A stretch of 64,000 nucleotides of DNA, taken from contig CBDCOP010000006.1 in assembly GCA_965219845.1 (NCBI GenBank), forward strand, positions 496,005 to 560,004. Direction: 5' to 3'. A program made the translations under genes and the position numbers. The stretch is from Dehalococcoidia bacterium (lineage in GTDB: Bacteria; Chloroflexota; Dehalococcoidia; Lucifugimonadales; Australimonadaceae). The stretch's first letter is position 1. The number at the start of each line of letters is the position of its first letter. Under the pieces are notes generated by a model, which did not search any database, was not told where the DNA came from, and saw nothing but the letters and a program-made list of their open reading frames with translations. Shown in pieces: positions 1 to 9,441 of the stretch.

Positions 1-1964
1 GCATAGACACCGGCCTGGGCCTGGACCGCATCGCGGCCATCATGCAGGGCGTGAACTCAGCGTACGAGACGGATCTGCTCGCGCCGATACGGCAGCGCGT
101 GGAGCAGCTTGCGGGCAAGACGTACCGGCAGGACCCCGACGACGATTTCGCCATTCACGTGGTGACGGAGCACGCCCGGAGCGCGGCATTCCTCATCGCG
201 GACGGCGTCGTGCCGGCCAACGAAGGCCGGGGCTACGTGCTGCGCCGCGTGATACGGCGCGGCATCCGCTTCGCGCGGAAGCTCGGCATCGAGGCGGGTT
301 TCCTGCCGGGTGTCGCCACGACGGTCATCGAGCGGTTCGGTGCGACCTACCCCGAACTCCGCGAGCACGAGCGCTTCGTCCTCAAGACGCTGGAGTCTGA
401 GGAGGACCGCTTCTACGATGCCATCGCCCTCGGGATGCCTGTGCTGGAGGAGTACATCGTGCGGGGCGCGACTATCGTCGGCGCCGACGCGTTCCGCCTG
501 TACGACACCTACGGCTTCCCGCTGGAGCTCACCCAGGAGATAGCGCGGGAGCACGGACTGGACGTGGACGTCGCGGGCTTCGAGCGCGCGATGGAGGAGC
601 AGCGCGAGCGCGGACGTGCCGCGGCACGCTTCGGCGGCGGTCGCGAGGAAGTACGCGCCTACGAGGCGCTCAACGTCCGCGAGACGGCGTTCCTCGGCTA
701 CGAGCGCATCGAGACCGACACGGTGATCGCGGCCATACTGAAGGACGGCGGACCCGTCCAGCGCGCCGACACTGGAGAGCGCGTCGAGATCGTGCTTCGC
801 GAGACGCCCTTCTACGCGGAGGGAGGCGGTCAGGTCGGCGACACGGGCGTCGTCGTGACACCCGGTGGGTCGGCGCGGGTAACCGACACGCAGAAGCCGG
901 TAGGAGAGCTCATCGTCCACGCGGCGGAGGTCGTCGAGGGCGCGGTAGCAGTCGGCGACGCGGTGCACGCATCGGTGGATGCGGAGCGCAGGCTGGACGT
1001 TGCGCGGAACCACACGGCGACGCATCTGCTGCACGCTGCGCTGCGGGACGTGCTCGGCTCGCACGTGCGGCAGGCGGGGTCACTCGTTGCGCAGGACCGG
1101 CTGCGCTTCGACTTCACGCACGTCTCGGCAGTGGGCCGCGACGAGTTGGGTGAGATCGAACGCCGCATCAACGAATCGGTGCGCGGCGATCTGCCGCTGG
1201 TGAAGGACGAGCGCTCCTACCGCGAGGCGACCGCGAGCGGAGCGCTCGCGTTCTTCGGCGAGCGGTACGGGGACCGCGTGCGCACCGTGCAGATCGGAGA
1301 GGCACAACCGGTGAGCTTCGAGGTCTGCGGCGGCACGCACCTGGAGCGCACCGGGCAGATAGGCGTCTTCCGCGTCGTGGGAGAGAGCAGCGTGGGGACG
1401 GGCGTGCGCCGCATCGAGGCGGTGACCGGACGCGGCGGCGAGGAGTGGATCGGCCAGCGGCTGCGGCAGCTGGACGAGGCCGCAGCGCTGCTCCGCACGG
1501 CGCCCGCCGAACTGCCGCAGCGCATCGAGGCGCTGCTCGCGCAGGCGGAGGAGGCGCGGCGTTCGCTGCGAGCGGGGCAGCGGGAGGCGTCGCGGCAGGA
1601 GGCAGACACGCTCCTCGATGACGTGCGCGACGTGGGCGGCGTACAGGTGCTGGCGGTCCGGAGCGATGCATCCGACGCCCAGGCGCTGCGCGAGATGGGC
1701 GACCGGCTTCGGGACAAGCTCGGCTCCGGCGTCGTCGTGCTCGGCAGCGTGTTCAACGGACGGCCCGGCCTTCTTGCGATGGTCACACCCGACCTCGTGG
1801 AGCGCGGCTTCGACGCCGGGGCTATCGTCAACGAGGCGGCGAAGGTGATGGGCGGAGGCGGAGGCGGTCAGCCGCGGCTCGCGCAGGCCGGCGGCAGGGA
1901 CGCCTCGCGATTGGGAGAGGCGCTCGCAGCAGTGGCGGACATCGTCCAGCGGCAGACGGACTAG
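1..1964 (+). CDS. alaS: Alanine--tRNA ligase, C-terminal ~650 aa (5' end outside the window)
   Basis: ORF is open from the window edge. AlaRS editing-domain motifs (NHTATHLLHAALR, FEVCGGTHL) and a G-rich C-terminal DHHA1-type tail. Stop TAG at 1962-1964. Confidence 0.95.
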   Translation, partial: IDTGLGLDRIAAIMQGVNSAYETDLLAPIRQRVEQLAGKTYRQDPDDDFAIHVVTEHARSAAFLIADGVVPANEGRGYVLRRVIRRGIRFARKLGIEAGFLPGVATTVIERFGATYPELREHERFVLKTLESEEDRFYDAIALGMPVLEEYIVRGATIVGADAFRLYDTYGFPLELTQEIAREHGLDVDVAGFERAMEEQRERGRAAARFGGGREEVRAYEALNVRETAFLGYERIETDTVIAAILKDGGPVQRADTGERVEIVLRETPFYAEGGGQVGDTGVVVTPGGSARVTDTQKPVGELIVHAAEVVEGAVAVGDAVHASVDAERRLDVARNHTATHLLHAALRDVLGSHVRQAGSLVAQDRLRFDFTHVSAVGRDELGEIERRINESVRGDLPLVKDERSYREATASGALAFFGERYGDRVRTVQIGEAQPVSFEVCGGTHLERTGQIGVFRVVGESSVGTGVRRIEAVTGRGGEEWIGQRLRQLDEAAALLRTAPAELPQRIEALLAQAEEARRSLRAGQREASRQEADTLLDDVRDVGGVQVLAVRSDASDAQALREMGDRLRDKLGSGVVVLGSVFNGRPGLLAMVTPDLVERGFDAGAIVNEAAKVMGGGGGGQPRLAQAGGRDASRLGEALAAVADIVQRQTD

Positions 1965-2380
1965 TGCGTGCACTGGGACTGGACGTCGGAGAGCGCCGCA
2001 TCGGCGTCGCGTCGGGCGATACGGATACGGGCGTCGCGGTACCCGCAGGTGTGATAGAGAATACCCCCGATGCTGCCGCGAACGTGCTGCGCGAGGCACA
2101 GGCACGGGATGCGGACGTCGTGGTCGTGGGCATGCCGTATTCGATGTCCGGACGCGTGGGGCCGCAGGCAGAGGTGGTGCAGGAATTCATCCGACGGTTG
2201 GAGGCTAGGGGGCTTGCGGTCGAGACCGTGGACGAACGGTTGTCGTCTGCGGAAGCAGAACGCGCGCTGACTGGGAGTCGCCCGCGAGGGAGAGGCCGCC
2301 GCAGGCAGGAAAAGGGCGCAGTGGATGCGGCTGCCGCGGTAGTCATCCTACAGGCGTGGCTGGACGGCAGGCGGAGGTGA
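1964..2380 (+). CDS. ruvX: Holliday-junction resolvase-like nuclease RuvX/YqgF
   Basis: GTG start overlaps the alaS stop. N-terminus LGLDVGERRIGVA is typical of YqgF; 138 aa; conserved alaS-ruvX synteny. Confidence 0.9.
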   Translation: MRALGLDVGERRIGVASGDTDTGVAVPAGVIENTPDAAANVLREAQARDADVVVVGMPYSMSGRVGPQAEVVQEFIRRLEARGLAVETVDERLSSAEAERALTGSRPRGRGRRRQEKGAVDAAAAVVILQAWLDGRRR

Positions 2381-3279
2381 GCGGCGCAGGGCAGAGGCTT
2401 GATAGAATGTCCCGCATGCGGATGAGAGGGAGTCCCCGTGTGTATGGCGCAGCCGGCGCCTCGGTGCTGGCGGCTGCGGTCACGGCGCGCTATATCGCCA
2501 AGTGGCGGCAGCGGCGCACGATGCGGCGAGGCAACGGCGGGCGCGAGGTCGGCGGCGGACGGTGCTTCATCGGTCTCGATCTCTCGGACCCGACGGCGGT
2601 GCAGAAGCGCCCGTGCGACTACGCGGTGCTCGATTCCGATCTGGTGTGCACGTTCGGCCAGTGGGACTACCGCGAGGACGCGTCGCACATCATCCCGGAC
2701 CGCGCGCTCGGGCGCTCCTTCATCCTGGCGATAGACGGCCCGCAGGGGCTGGCAGGCTCGTCGGAAGCGACGATGCGCGAATCCGAGCGACGCGTGAACG
2801 CGCCGGGGCGCACGCCCTTCACCCTGCCCACGGACGGCAGGCCGTACTCCGGCCTCATCGCGGGATCGGTGCGGCTGTTCCACCGGTTGGTGGAGAGCGG
2901 GCGCCGGTTCCGTCTGCTGGGACTTGACGGCACGCCCGCATCCGACACGACGCTGATCGAGGTGTTTCCCGGCGGCGCGTGGAAGTTGGTGTCGAACGGG
3001 ACCCAGCTCCCCGCGAAACGCACCCTGGAGGGACGCCGGGTGCGCACCGAGTTGCTGTCTGAACTGGGCGTGCAACTGCCATCCAAGGACACGCCTACCG
3101 ACGACCAGTTGGACGCGGCAATGGCGGCATGGACGGCGTACAAGTTGTGGGTGGGCGAGGCAGTTATCGAGGGCGAAGGGCCGCGCCTCGACGTGGAGGC
3201 CGGCGTCATCCGTGAGGGGTACGTCGTCCAGCCCGCGCCTGCGCCTGCCACCGAGGGTGCAGAGGTTGCGGCGGCCTAG
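2356..3279 (+). CDS. DUF429-like (RNase-H-fold) hypothetical protein
   Basis: The pattern IGLDLS...ILAIDGPQG...EVFPGG...DDQLDAAMAAW resembles DUF429 proteins. Start is uncertain: ATG 2407 or 2521 are equally possible. Confidence 0.6.
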   Translation: MAGRQAEVSGAGQRLDRMSRMRMRGSPRVYGAAGASVLAAAVTARYIAKWRQRRTMRRGNGGREVGGGRCFIGLDLSDPTAVQKRPCDYAVLDSDLVCTFGQWDYREDASHIIPDRALGRSFILAIDGPQGLAGSSEATMRESERRVNAPGRTPFTLPTDGRPYSGLIAGSVRLFHRLVESGRRFRLLGLDGTPASDTTLIEVFPGGAWKLVSNGTQLPAKRTLEGRRVRTELLSELGVQLPSKDTPTDDQLDAAMAAWTAYKLWVGEAVIEGEGPRLDVEAGVIREGYVVQPAPAPATEGAEVAAA

Positions 3280-3367
3280 GGCTGCCCCTGCATTACTTTG
3301 GGCAAAGGGAGGGGCGCTTCTTCACGAAGCGCCCCTGTTGTCTTCCGGAGTAGTGGGCCGTGGGCGG

Positions 3368-4705
3368 TCACACCGCGGCGTAGTTGACGTTCTCCCTGGG
3401 GGTGCGGTACTCGGCGGAACCCTCCACCCACTCGGTGTCGCGCGGCAGGACCATAGCGGCAGACCTGATGTGGTAGACGTCCGGGTCCCAGACGGACGCG
3501 GGCTCGATGCCGTAGTCGCGCAGGAGCTTGGCGGCTCTGAGCAGCGCTCGGCGGGTGCAGATGATACCGGTGTCGCTGATGCCGAGGTGCTCGGCCATCC
3601 GGTTAACGACGCGGCCCATCGTCTCCTGCATGCCGGAGTCCTGCACCCACGTGCCGGGCAGCCCTGAGAACTGGATGTCCTTCTGGCGCTTCCAGTCCAC
3701 GTTGAAGTCGTTGTCTATGTGGTGCTTCGGCCACCATGCGTTCTCGGGTCGGTTGGGGATGGGTGGCAGGAAGCCGTCAGCGGTGGGGTGGAGACCCTGC
3801 TGCCCGTTCCCGGGGCCGTACCGGAGGAATTCGAGTTCCTTCTCGGTGAGGGGCCGGACGGGGTTGTAGGTGAAGCAGAGCGCGAGAACGTGGTCGTCGT
3901 CCATCGGCATGTAGGCGTGACCGCTGAAGAGAGGGTCGGCGCCGTAAGGAGGAATGATGGTGTGGAAGGGGAGCATGAACTGCGTGATGCGCCAGTAGTA
4001 GGAGTCTTCCTCGGCGTTGCGGCGCGCGCCGATGAGCACGCCATAGTCCGTGTCCTTGACCTGGAAGCGGGGGTGACGATCCCGCATCTTGTAGATCATC
4101 CCCTGCTCCTGCTTCGAAGTGAGCCGGAACGGGTCGACGAAGTTGGAGTGGAGGAAACCGCTGTGGCTGGAGTCGATCTCCCCTTCGATAGTCTGGAAGT
4201 AGTTGTTCTGGGCGATGCGTTTGGTCAGGTAGCAGTGGGACTCCGGCACCATGTTCCACTCGACGTTGGGCAGCGGCGGCGGGGCGTCCTGCTCCGGGCC
4301 CATGTAGGTCCAGATGACGCCGTTGCGCTCGAGGGTGCGGTAGGTCTTCAGCCGCACCTTGTCCTTGAAGTTGCTCTCCGGGGGCTCGCTCGGCATGTCC
4401 ATGCACGTACCGTCGGCTGCGAACTTCCAGCCGTGATAGGCGCAGCGCAGGCCTTCTTCCTCGTTGCGGCCAAAGAAGAGCGATGCGGTGCGGTGCGGGC
4501 AGTGGGGCGTCATCGTTGCGACCGTGCCGCTCGTGAGGCGCACGACGATGAGGTCTTCGCCGAGGAGCCGGGTGCGGTGCGGGATGCCCTCGGCCTCCAC
4601 TTCGTTGGAGAAGACGGCCGGTATCCAGTAGCGCCGCATGAGATCTCCCATCGTGGTCCCGGCGCTTACCTGTGTCAGCAGTTCGTTGTCGGTCGCGGAC
4701 AGCAT
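3368..4705 (-). CDS. Rieske [2Fe-2S] aromatic-ring-hydroxylating oxygenase, alpha subunit (phthalate-family type)
   Basis: Rieske motif CPHRTASLFFG...LRCAYHGWKF followed by a catalytic domain. Start placed at ATG 4705, preceded by GGAGGG; the ORF track extends to 4753. Confidence 0.85.
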   Translation of the reverse strand: MLSATDNELLTQVSAGTTMGDLMRRYWIPAVFSNEVEAEGIPHRTRLLGEDLIVVRLTSGTVATMTPHCPHRTASLFFGRNEEEGLRCAYHGWKFAADGTCMDMPSEPPESNFKDKVRLKTYRTLERNGVIWTYMGPEQDAPPPLPNVEWNMVPESHCYLTKRIAQNNYFQTIEGEIDSSHSGFLHSNFVDPFRLTSKQEQGMIYKMRDRHPRFQVKDTDYGVLIGARRNAEEDSYYWRITQFMLPFHTIIPPYGADPLFSGHAYMPMDDDHVLALCFTYNPVRPLTEKELEFLRYGPGNGQQGLHPTADGFLPPIPNRPENAWWPKHHIDNDFNVDWKRQKDIQFSGLPGTWVQDSGMQETMGRVVNRMAEHLGISDTGIICTRRALLRAAKLLRDYGIEPASVWDPDVYHIRSAAMVLPRDTEWVEGSAEYRTPRENVNYAAV

Positions 4706-4802
4706 CTGCGTCCCTCCTGCCTGTGTGACCTGCGCGCGAGTATACATCGGCACGAGCGGGTGTGGGGTAGAATGAGAGCACGTCCCATCGGAGGTTGTCG
4801 TC

Positions 4803-6008
4803 TTGGTGCGATTCCTGACTGCCGGCGAGTCTCACGGTCCCGGGCTCGTCGCGCTGCTCGAAGGGCTGCCCGCCGGCATCGCCATATCGGAGGCCGCGAT
4901 ACGCGAAGACCTGGCGCGGCGCCAGATGGGCTACGGGCGCGGCGGGCGTATGCAGATCGAGACGGACTACGCGGTGCTGCAGTCCGGTGTGCGGCACGGC
5001 CACACGACGGGTGCGCCCATCGCGATGCTCATCGAGAACCGCGATCACTCGACCGGCAACGGGCCGGATGGCAAGCCGTGGACGCACACGATGGCCAAGG
5101 AGCCGGTGGAGGGCGAGGTGACGCCCATACACCGCCTGCGCCCCGGCCATGCGGACACGCCCGGCATCAGTAAGTACCTGCAGGACGACGCCCGCAACAT
5201 CCTGGAGCGCTCGTCGGCACGGGAGTCGACTGCAAGGGTCGCGGTGGGAGCGGTCTGCCGCGCGTTCCTGTCGGAGTTCGGCGTGGAGGTGCACAGCCAC
5301 GTCACGAACATCGGCGGCGTGCAGGCCCACCCGCCGGAACCGGTGGATTGGGGCGCGGCCGAAGACTCGCCGGTGCGCTGCGTCGACCCCGACGCAAGCG
5401 CTCTGATGGTCCGTGAGATCGACGCAGCGAAAGAGGCGGGCGATAGCCTTGGCGGGGTCGTGGAGGTCGTCGCGACGGGGCTGCCGATCGGGCTCGGTTC
5501 CCACGTGCAGTGGGACACGAAGCTGAGCACGCGCCTCATGGCATCCGTGGGGAGCGTGAATGCGGTGAAGGGCGTCGAGGTCGGCAAGGGGTTCGAACTC
5601 GCCGACCTGCGCGGCTCCAGGGTGCACGACGTCATCAAGCCCGTTGAGGAATGGGAGCGGAACGGGAACGGCGGCTGGGCGAAGCCGTGGCCTCGCCGCA
5701 CGAACAACGCTGGCGGCCTGGAAGGCGGCATGACGACCGGCGAACCGCTCATCGTCCGCGCCGTCGTCAAGCCCATCGCGACGATGATGACCCCGCTGCC
5801 GTCCGTCGACCTGACGACGGGCGAGTTGGAACAGGCGCACTACGAGCGGAGCGACATCACGTTCGTGCCGACGTGCGGCGTCATCGCGGAGGCGATGGTG
5901 CTGATAACGCTCGCGGACGCATTCATGGAGAAGTTCGGCGGCGACCACATCTCCGAGACGCGGCGCAACCACCAGGGTTACATGGCGACGGTCGGGCCCC
6001 GGGCGTAG
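4803..6008 (+). CDS. aroC: Chorismate synthase
   Basis: Full-length match to the AroC pattern (FLTAGESHGPGL..., GGVVEV..., ERSDITFVP). Non-ATG start (TTG 4803 or GTG 4806). Confidence 0.95.
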   Translation: MVRFLTAGESHGPGLVALLEGLPAGIAISEAAIREDLARRQMGYGRGGRMQIETDYAVLQSGVRHGHTTGAPIAMLIENRDHSTGNGPDGKPWTHTMAKEPVEGEVTPIHRLRPGHADTPGISKYLQDDARNILERSSARESTARVAVGAVCRAFLSEFGVEVHSHVTNIGGVQAHPPEPVDWGAAEDSPVRCVDPDASALMVREIDAAKEAGDSLGGVVEVVATGLPIGLGSHVQWDTKLSTRLMASVGSVNAVKGVEVGKGFELADLRGSRVHDVIKPVEEWERNGNGGWAKPWPRRTNNAGGLEGGMTTGEPLIVRAVVKPIATMMTPLPSVDLTTGELEQAHYERSDITFVPTCGVIAEAMVLITLADAFMEKFGGDHISETRRNHQGYMATVGPRA

Positions 6009-6046
6009 GGAATGGCGGAGCTAGCGCGGCGTAGGGCAGGGTTGCG

Positions 6047-6232
6047 ATGAGAGGCTTGTGGGTGCTGCTCGTCATCGGCCTGTCCCTGCTTGCCGCCGGC
6101 TGGGTGTTCAGGAACAACAAAGAGGTGTCTCCCACGGCGAAGCTGGTCATGGTCGTGGGGGGACTCCTCGTCACGGGCATCGCGCTCGTTTTTCTCATCG
6201 GCGCAGGCATCGAGTCGGTGCGGTCATTGTGA
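6047..6232 (+). CDS. Small two-TM membrane protein (hypothetical)
   Basis: 61-aa ORF with two clear hydrophobic helices, lying between aroC and aroK/aroB. No family recognised. Confidence 0.4.
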   Translation: MRGLWVLLVIGLSLLAAGWVFRNNKEVSPTAKLVMVVGGLLVTGIALVFLIGAGIESVRSL

Positions 6233-6251
6233 AACTGGTAGGTTTACGTCC

Positions 6252-7910
6252 ATGACCACGCGCAACCGCATCTATCTCATCGGGTTCTCCGGCGCGGGAA
6301 AGAGCGCCGTCGGACGCAGCGCCGCCCGTCTCTTGGGCTGGAGGTTCGAGGACGCCGACGAGCGCATCGTCGAGAGCGCCGGCAAGCCGGTCGGGCGCAT
6401 CTTCGCCGAGGACGGCGAGCCCGCGTTCCGCGAGTTGGAGCGCGCGGCCATCGCCGAGTTCGCACGCGAGGAGCGCATCGTCGTCTCGACGGGCGCCGGG
6501 TCGGTGATGCACGACCAGTCTCTCGGCGGGATGCTCGGTTCGGGGTTGGTGGTGGCGCTGGAGGCGCGTCCCGAGACGGTCTACCGGCGGCTCTCCCACA
6601 TCGCGGAGCTGGACGGCGCAGAGGCGATGACGCGGCCGATGCTGCAGTCGGACGATCCGCTGGGGCGCATCGAGTCGCTGAAGCGCGAGCGCCAGTGGGC
6701 GTACGCGCGGGCGCACTGGACCGTGCATACGGACGACCTGACGATCGAGCAGGCCGCGCACGAGGTCGTGCGCGCGTGGCGGCGGCTGGGCGCTCCGTCG
6801 GCGTGGGAGGACGACGCGGACTTCGCCGCGACCGTGCGACTGGAGCAGGGCGCTTACCCGGTGTTCGTGGGGTGGGACACGCTCGAGGAGCAGTTAGGGC
6901 GCCGCCTCGTGCAGACGGGGTTCTCCGGGCGGGCGTTCATCGTCTGCGACAGCAACGTCGTCCATCCGTACGGGCGGGCCGCGCAACGGTCGCTGCACGC
7001 CGCCGGCATCGAGATGGGGATGTTCACGTTCCCGGCGGGCGAGGCGAGCAAGAGCCTGTCGACCGCCACCGTGATCTACGAGTGGCTCGCAGAGCGGAAG
7101 GCGGAGCGCCGCGACATCATCGTCGCGGTCGGTGGGGGCGTAGTAGGCGACCTCGCGGGCTACGTTGCGGCGACGTTCCTGCGCGGCATACGGCTCGTGC
7201 AGGCGCCGACGTCCCTCACGGCGATGGTGGACTCGAGCGTCGGCGGAAAGACGGGCGTCGACCTGCCCGTGGCGAAGAACATGGTGGGCGCGTTCCACCA
7301 TCCCGCCCTGGTGCTCACGGACGTGTCGGCGCTGCGGACGCTGCCGGACCGCGCCCTGCGCGAGGGGTGGGCGGAGGCGGTGAAGCACGGACTCGCGCTG
7401 GAAGCAGGCCTGGTGGACCTGTACGAGGAGCACGCGGACGCGCTGCTGTCGCTGGATCCGGAGCTGACGACGCGGGCCATCGCCTGGAACGCGGCGGTGA
7501 AGGCGCGCATCGTCAGCGCGGACGAACGCGAGACGAGCGGGCTGCGGCAGCTGTTGAACTACGGACACACGATAGGGCACGGCATCGAGGCTGCGGCGGG
7601 CTACGACGCCTACCTGCACGGCGAGGCGGTCGCCATCGGGATGACGGGCGCGGCGCGCCTGGGGATGCTGGAGGGCGTGACGCCGCCGGAGCTGGTCGAG
7701 CGGCAGGCCTCGCTCATCGCTCGTTTCGGGTTGCCGTCCGCGTACACGGGTGTCGCGCCGGAAGCGATCCTCGAGGCGATGAGCCGCGACAAGAAGACGA
7801 CGGCGGGGCAGATCTCGTGGGTGCTGCTGGACGGCGTCGGCTCGTCCCGGACGCACCGCGGGGTCGCGCCGGAGCGCGTCGCAAGCGTCGTGCGGGAGTT
7901 GGGGGCGTAG
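6252..7910 (+). CDS. aroB: Bifunctional shikimate kinase / 3-dehydroquinate synthase fusion
   Basis: ATG at 6252. N-terminal P-loop GFSGAGKS (AroK). C-terminal AroB motifs GGGVVGDLAGY, VDSSVGGKTG and NYGHTIGH. Confidence 0.92.
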   Translation: MTTRNRIYLIGFSGAGKSAVGRSAARLLGWRFEDADERIVESAGKPVGRIFAEDGEPAFRELERAAIAEFAREERIVVSTGAGSVMHDQSLGGMLGSGLVVALEARPETVYRRLSHIAELDGAEAMTRPMLQSDDPLGRIESLKRERQWAYARAHWTVHTDDLTIEQAAHEVVRAWRRLGAPSAWEDDADFAATVRLEQGAYPVFVGWDTLEEQLGRRLVQTGFSGRAFIVCDSNVVHPYGRAAQRSLHAAGIEMGMFTFPAGEASKSLSTATVIYEWLAERKAERRDIIVAVGGGVVGDLAGYVAATFLRGIRLVQAPTSLTAMVDSSVGGKTGVDLPVAKNMVGAFHHPALVLTDVSALRTLPDRALREGWAEAVKHGLALEAGLVDLYEEHADALLSLDPELTTRAIAWNAAVKARIVSADERETSGLRQLLNYGHTIGHGIEAAAGYDAYLHGEAVAIGMTGAARLGMLEGVTPPELVERQASLIARFGLPSAYTGVAPEAILEAMSRDKKTTAGQISWVLLDGVGSSRTHRGVAPERVASVVRELGA

Positions 7911-7940
7911 CTCGCGGAGGCTGTCTCAGACCCTCATGCG

Positions 7941-8159
7941 TCAGGTCGACTGGTAGATGGCGGGGCGGTATCGAGGCTCGGGCACGGGTTTCCCGGCCTC
8001 TCTCGCGGCGTTGATCCAAGCCTCCATCGCTTTCCGAACCTCAGCGAGCGCTTCCTCCGGCGTCTCGCCGAACGCAGAGCAGTACTGAAGGTCCGGGATG
8101 TCCGCGACGTAGCACTGGTCCTCTTCACTGTAGAAAACGTTGATGTGATAGTCCTTCAT
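7941..8159 (-). CDS. hicB: HicB-family antitoxin-like protein (no hicA partner seen)
   Basis: 72 aa. The pattern YSEEDQCYVADIPDLQYCSAFGETPEEALAEVRKAMEAWI is the HicB/UPF0150 N-terminal fold. Confidence 0.75.
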   Translation of the reverse strand: MKDYHINVFYSEEDQCYVADIPDLQYCSAFGETPEEALAEVRKAMEAWINAAREAGKPVPEPRYRPAIYQST

Positions 8160-8171
8160 GAAAGAACGCCC

Positions 8172-8873
8172 CTAGCTCGCCGCGGCAGGCTCCACTTCCC
8201 CGCCCTTGAGCTGCCGGAGGGTGTGCAGGATGGAGGGGGTGGAAGGGCGGTCACCGATGGTCTGCCCGACCTGTACGGCCGCGATGATGCGGTCTGAAGT
8301 GAGAATCATGGTCGTGGGGGCCGCTACGCCGTCGCCGAGGAGGTTGAACACGCCGTATGCGTCGGCGACCTCGTGGTCCGGGTCGGCGAGGACAGGGTAC
8401 CGTGCGCCGACGCGCTCCTGCATCTGCCTGGCGCGCGCGACGTCGTCGGTGCTCAGCGTGATGAGTTCAGTATCCAGCGCGCGTATCTCGTCGTAGGCCA
8501 GTTCCAACTCGCCGAGTTGGGTGATGCAGATCCCTCAGAAGTGGCCGCGATAGAAGACGACGACGACGGCGTCGTTGTCCTCCAGAGTGTCGGAGAGGCT
8601 GACGAGGCCGCCCTGCGCGGCGGCCAACTCGAAGTCGGGCGCCTGGTTGCCGACCGCCGGTTGGAAGGCCGTCGGTTTGGAGTCGCCGTTGCACGAGAGA
8701 GCGACGACGGGAAATAGCAGCGACAAGACGATGAGTACGGAGAAGCCGATGGCGACGCGCTGCCACCACGGGCTCTGGAGGAAGGAGCGGTGGTCTGCCG
8801 GCAGGCGGTTGAGCTCTTCGATCTCGGCGAGTTCTCGTTCGGAGTATTCGTCGTTGTTCCTGGGGCCGTGCAT
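8172..8873 (-). CDS. Membrane-anchored AhpC/TSA-redoxin-like protein with in-frame UGA (probable selenocysteine, motif U-G-I-C)
   Basis: ORFs 8535-8873 and 8172-8507 share one frame and are separated only by TGA (8537-8535). Read-through gives FYRGHF-U-GICITQL, matching the FYRGxWCPxC redoxin motif. N-terminal TM anchor present. Confidence 0.7.
8504..8520 (-). promoter_or_regulatory. SECIS-like hairpin CCAACUC-GGC-GAGUUGG, 14 nt 3' of the UGA
   Basis: Perfect 7-bp inverted repeat read directly from the sequence. Its distance from the UGA and its G-containing apex fit bacterial SECIS expectations. Confidence 0.5.
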
Positions 8874-8886
8874 GGGACGCTCGCGC

Positions 8887-9162
8887 CTATCCCCCCGCGA
8901 CGGCAGGGACGATGCTCACCTCGTCGCCGGCTTTGACGGGAGTGCTCAGCCCTTCCAGGAAGCGCACGTCCTCGTTGTTCAGGTACAGGTTGACGAAGTA
9001 GCGCAGTGCGCCGTTCTCGTCCAGGATGCGTTCCTGGATGCCGGGGTACTGCGCTTCCAGTTCCGCGATGACGCCGCCGAGCGTGTCAGCGGTCACGTCT
9101 GCCTTGTCGGTCCCATCGGTGATCCGCCGCAGCGGACCGGGTATACGTACGGTTACGCTCAT
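8887..9162 (-). CDS. MoaD/ThiS-family sulfur-carrier protein (C-terminal Gly-Gly)
   Basis: 91 aa, ubiquitin-like pattern, ends ...IVPAVAGG followed by the stop. Confidence 0.85.
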   Translation of the reverse strand: MSVTVRIPGPLRRITDGTDKADVTADTLGGVIAELEAQYPGIQERILDENGALRYFVNLYLNNEDVRFLEGLSTPVKAGDEVSIVPAVAGG

Positions 9163-9183
9163 CCTGCTCTGGTTCCTCCGTGG

Positions 9184-9441
9184 TTACGGTTCTATAAGGT
9201 CGCCCAACGCGGGGTCGACCCTGACGCCAAGCGAGCGCACCCATTCGAGGCTGCGCTCGATCTCTTCCAATTCTCCCTCGACTTCGAGGATCACCCACCC
9301 TACGCCTTCCTGCACGTCGGCGCGGCGGATGTTCGTGACCACGGCGAAGTCGTGTCCCATCTTGTAGATGACGGGCTGCTTGATCATATGGTCAAGAAAG
9401 GTGAAGCGCACCCGCTGCATCGTTGTGGTCATGGCGCTCAA
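9184..9441 (-). CDS. NIL-domain protein
   Basis: 85 aa. The pattern QPVIYKMGHDFAVVTNIRRADV...GWVILEVEG matches the NIL (MetN C-terminal-like) ferredoxin-fold domain. Confidence 0.75.
   Translation of the reverse strand: MSAMTTTMQRVRFTFLDHMIKQPVIYKMGHDFAVVTNIRRADVQEGVGWVILEVEGELEEIERSLEWVRSLGVRVDPALGDLIEP

Noticed and set aside
6090-6251. The upstream ATG 6090 as the start of the aroK/aroB fusion.
   Set aside because: The extension overlaps the small membrane ORF in another frame and is Ser/Arg-rich. The shikimate kinase domain begins right after ATG 6252.
7910-8172. A HicA toxin partner for the HicB-like gene.
   Set aside because: Only 12 bp separate hicB from the upstream gene and 30 bp from the downstream convergent gene. 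No small ORF with a YcfA/HicA pattern is present in any frame.
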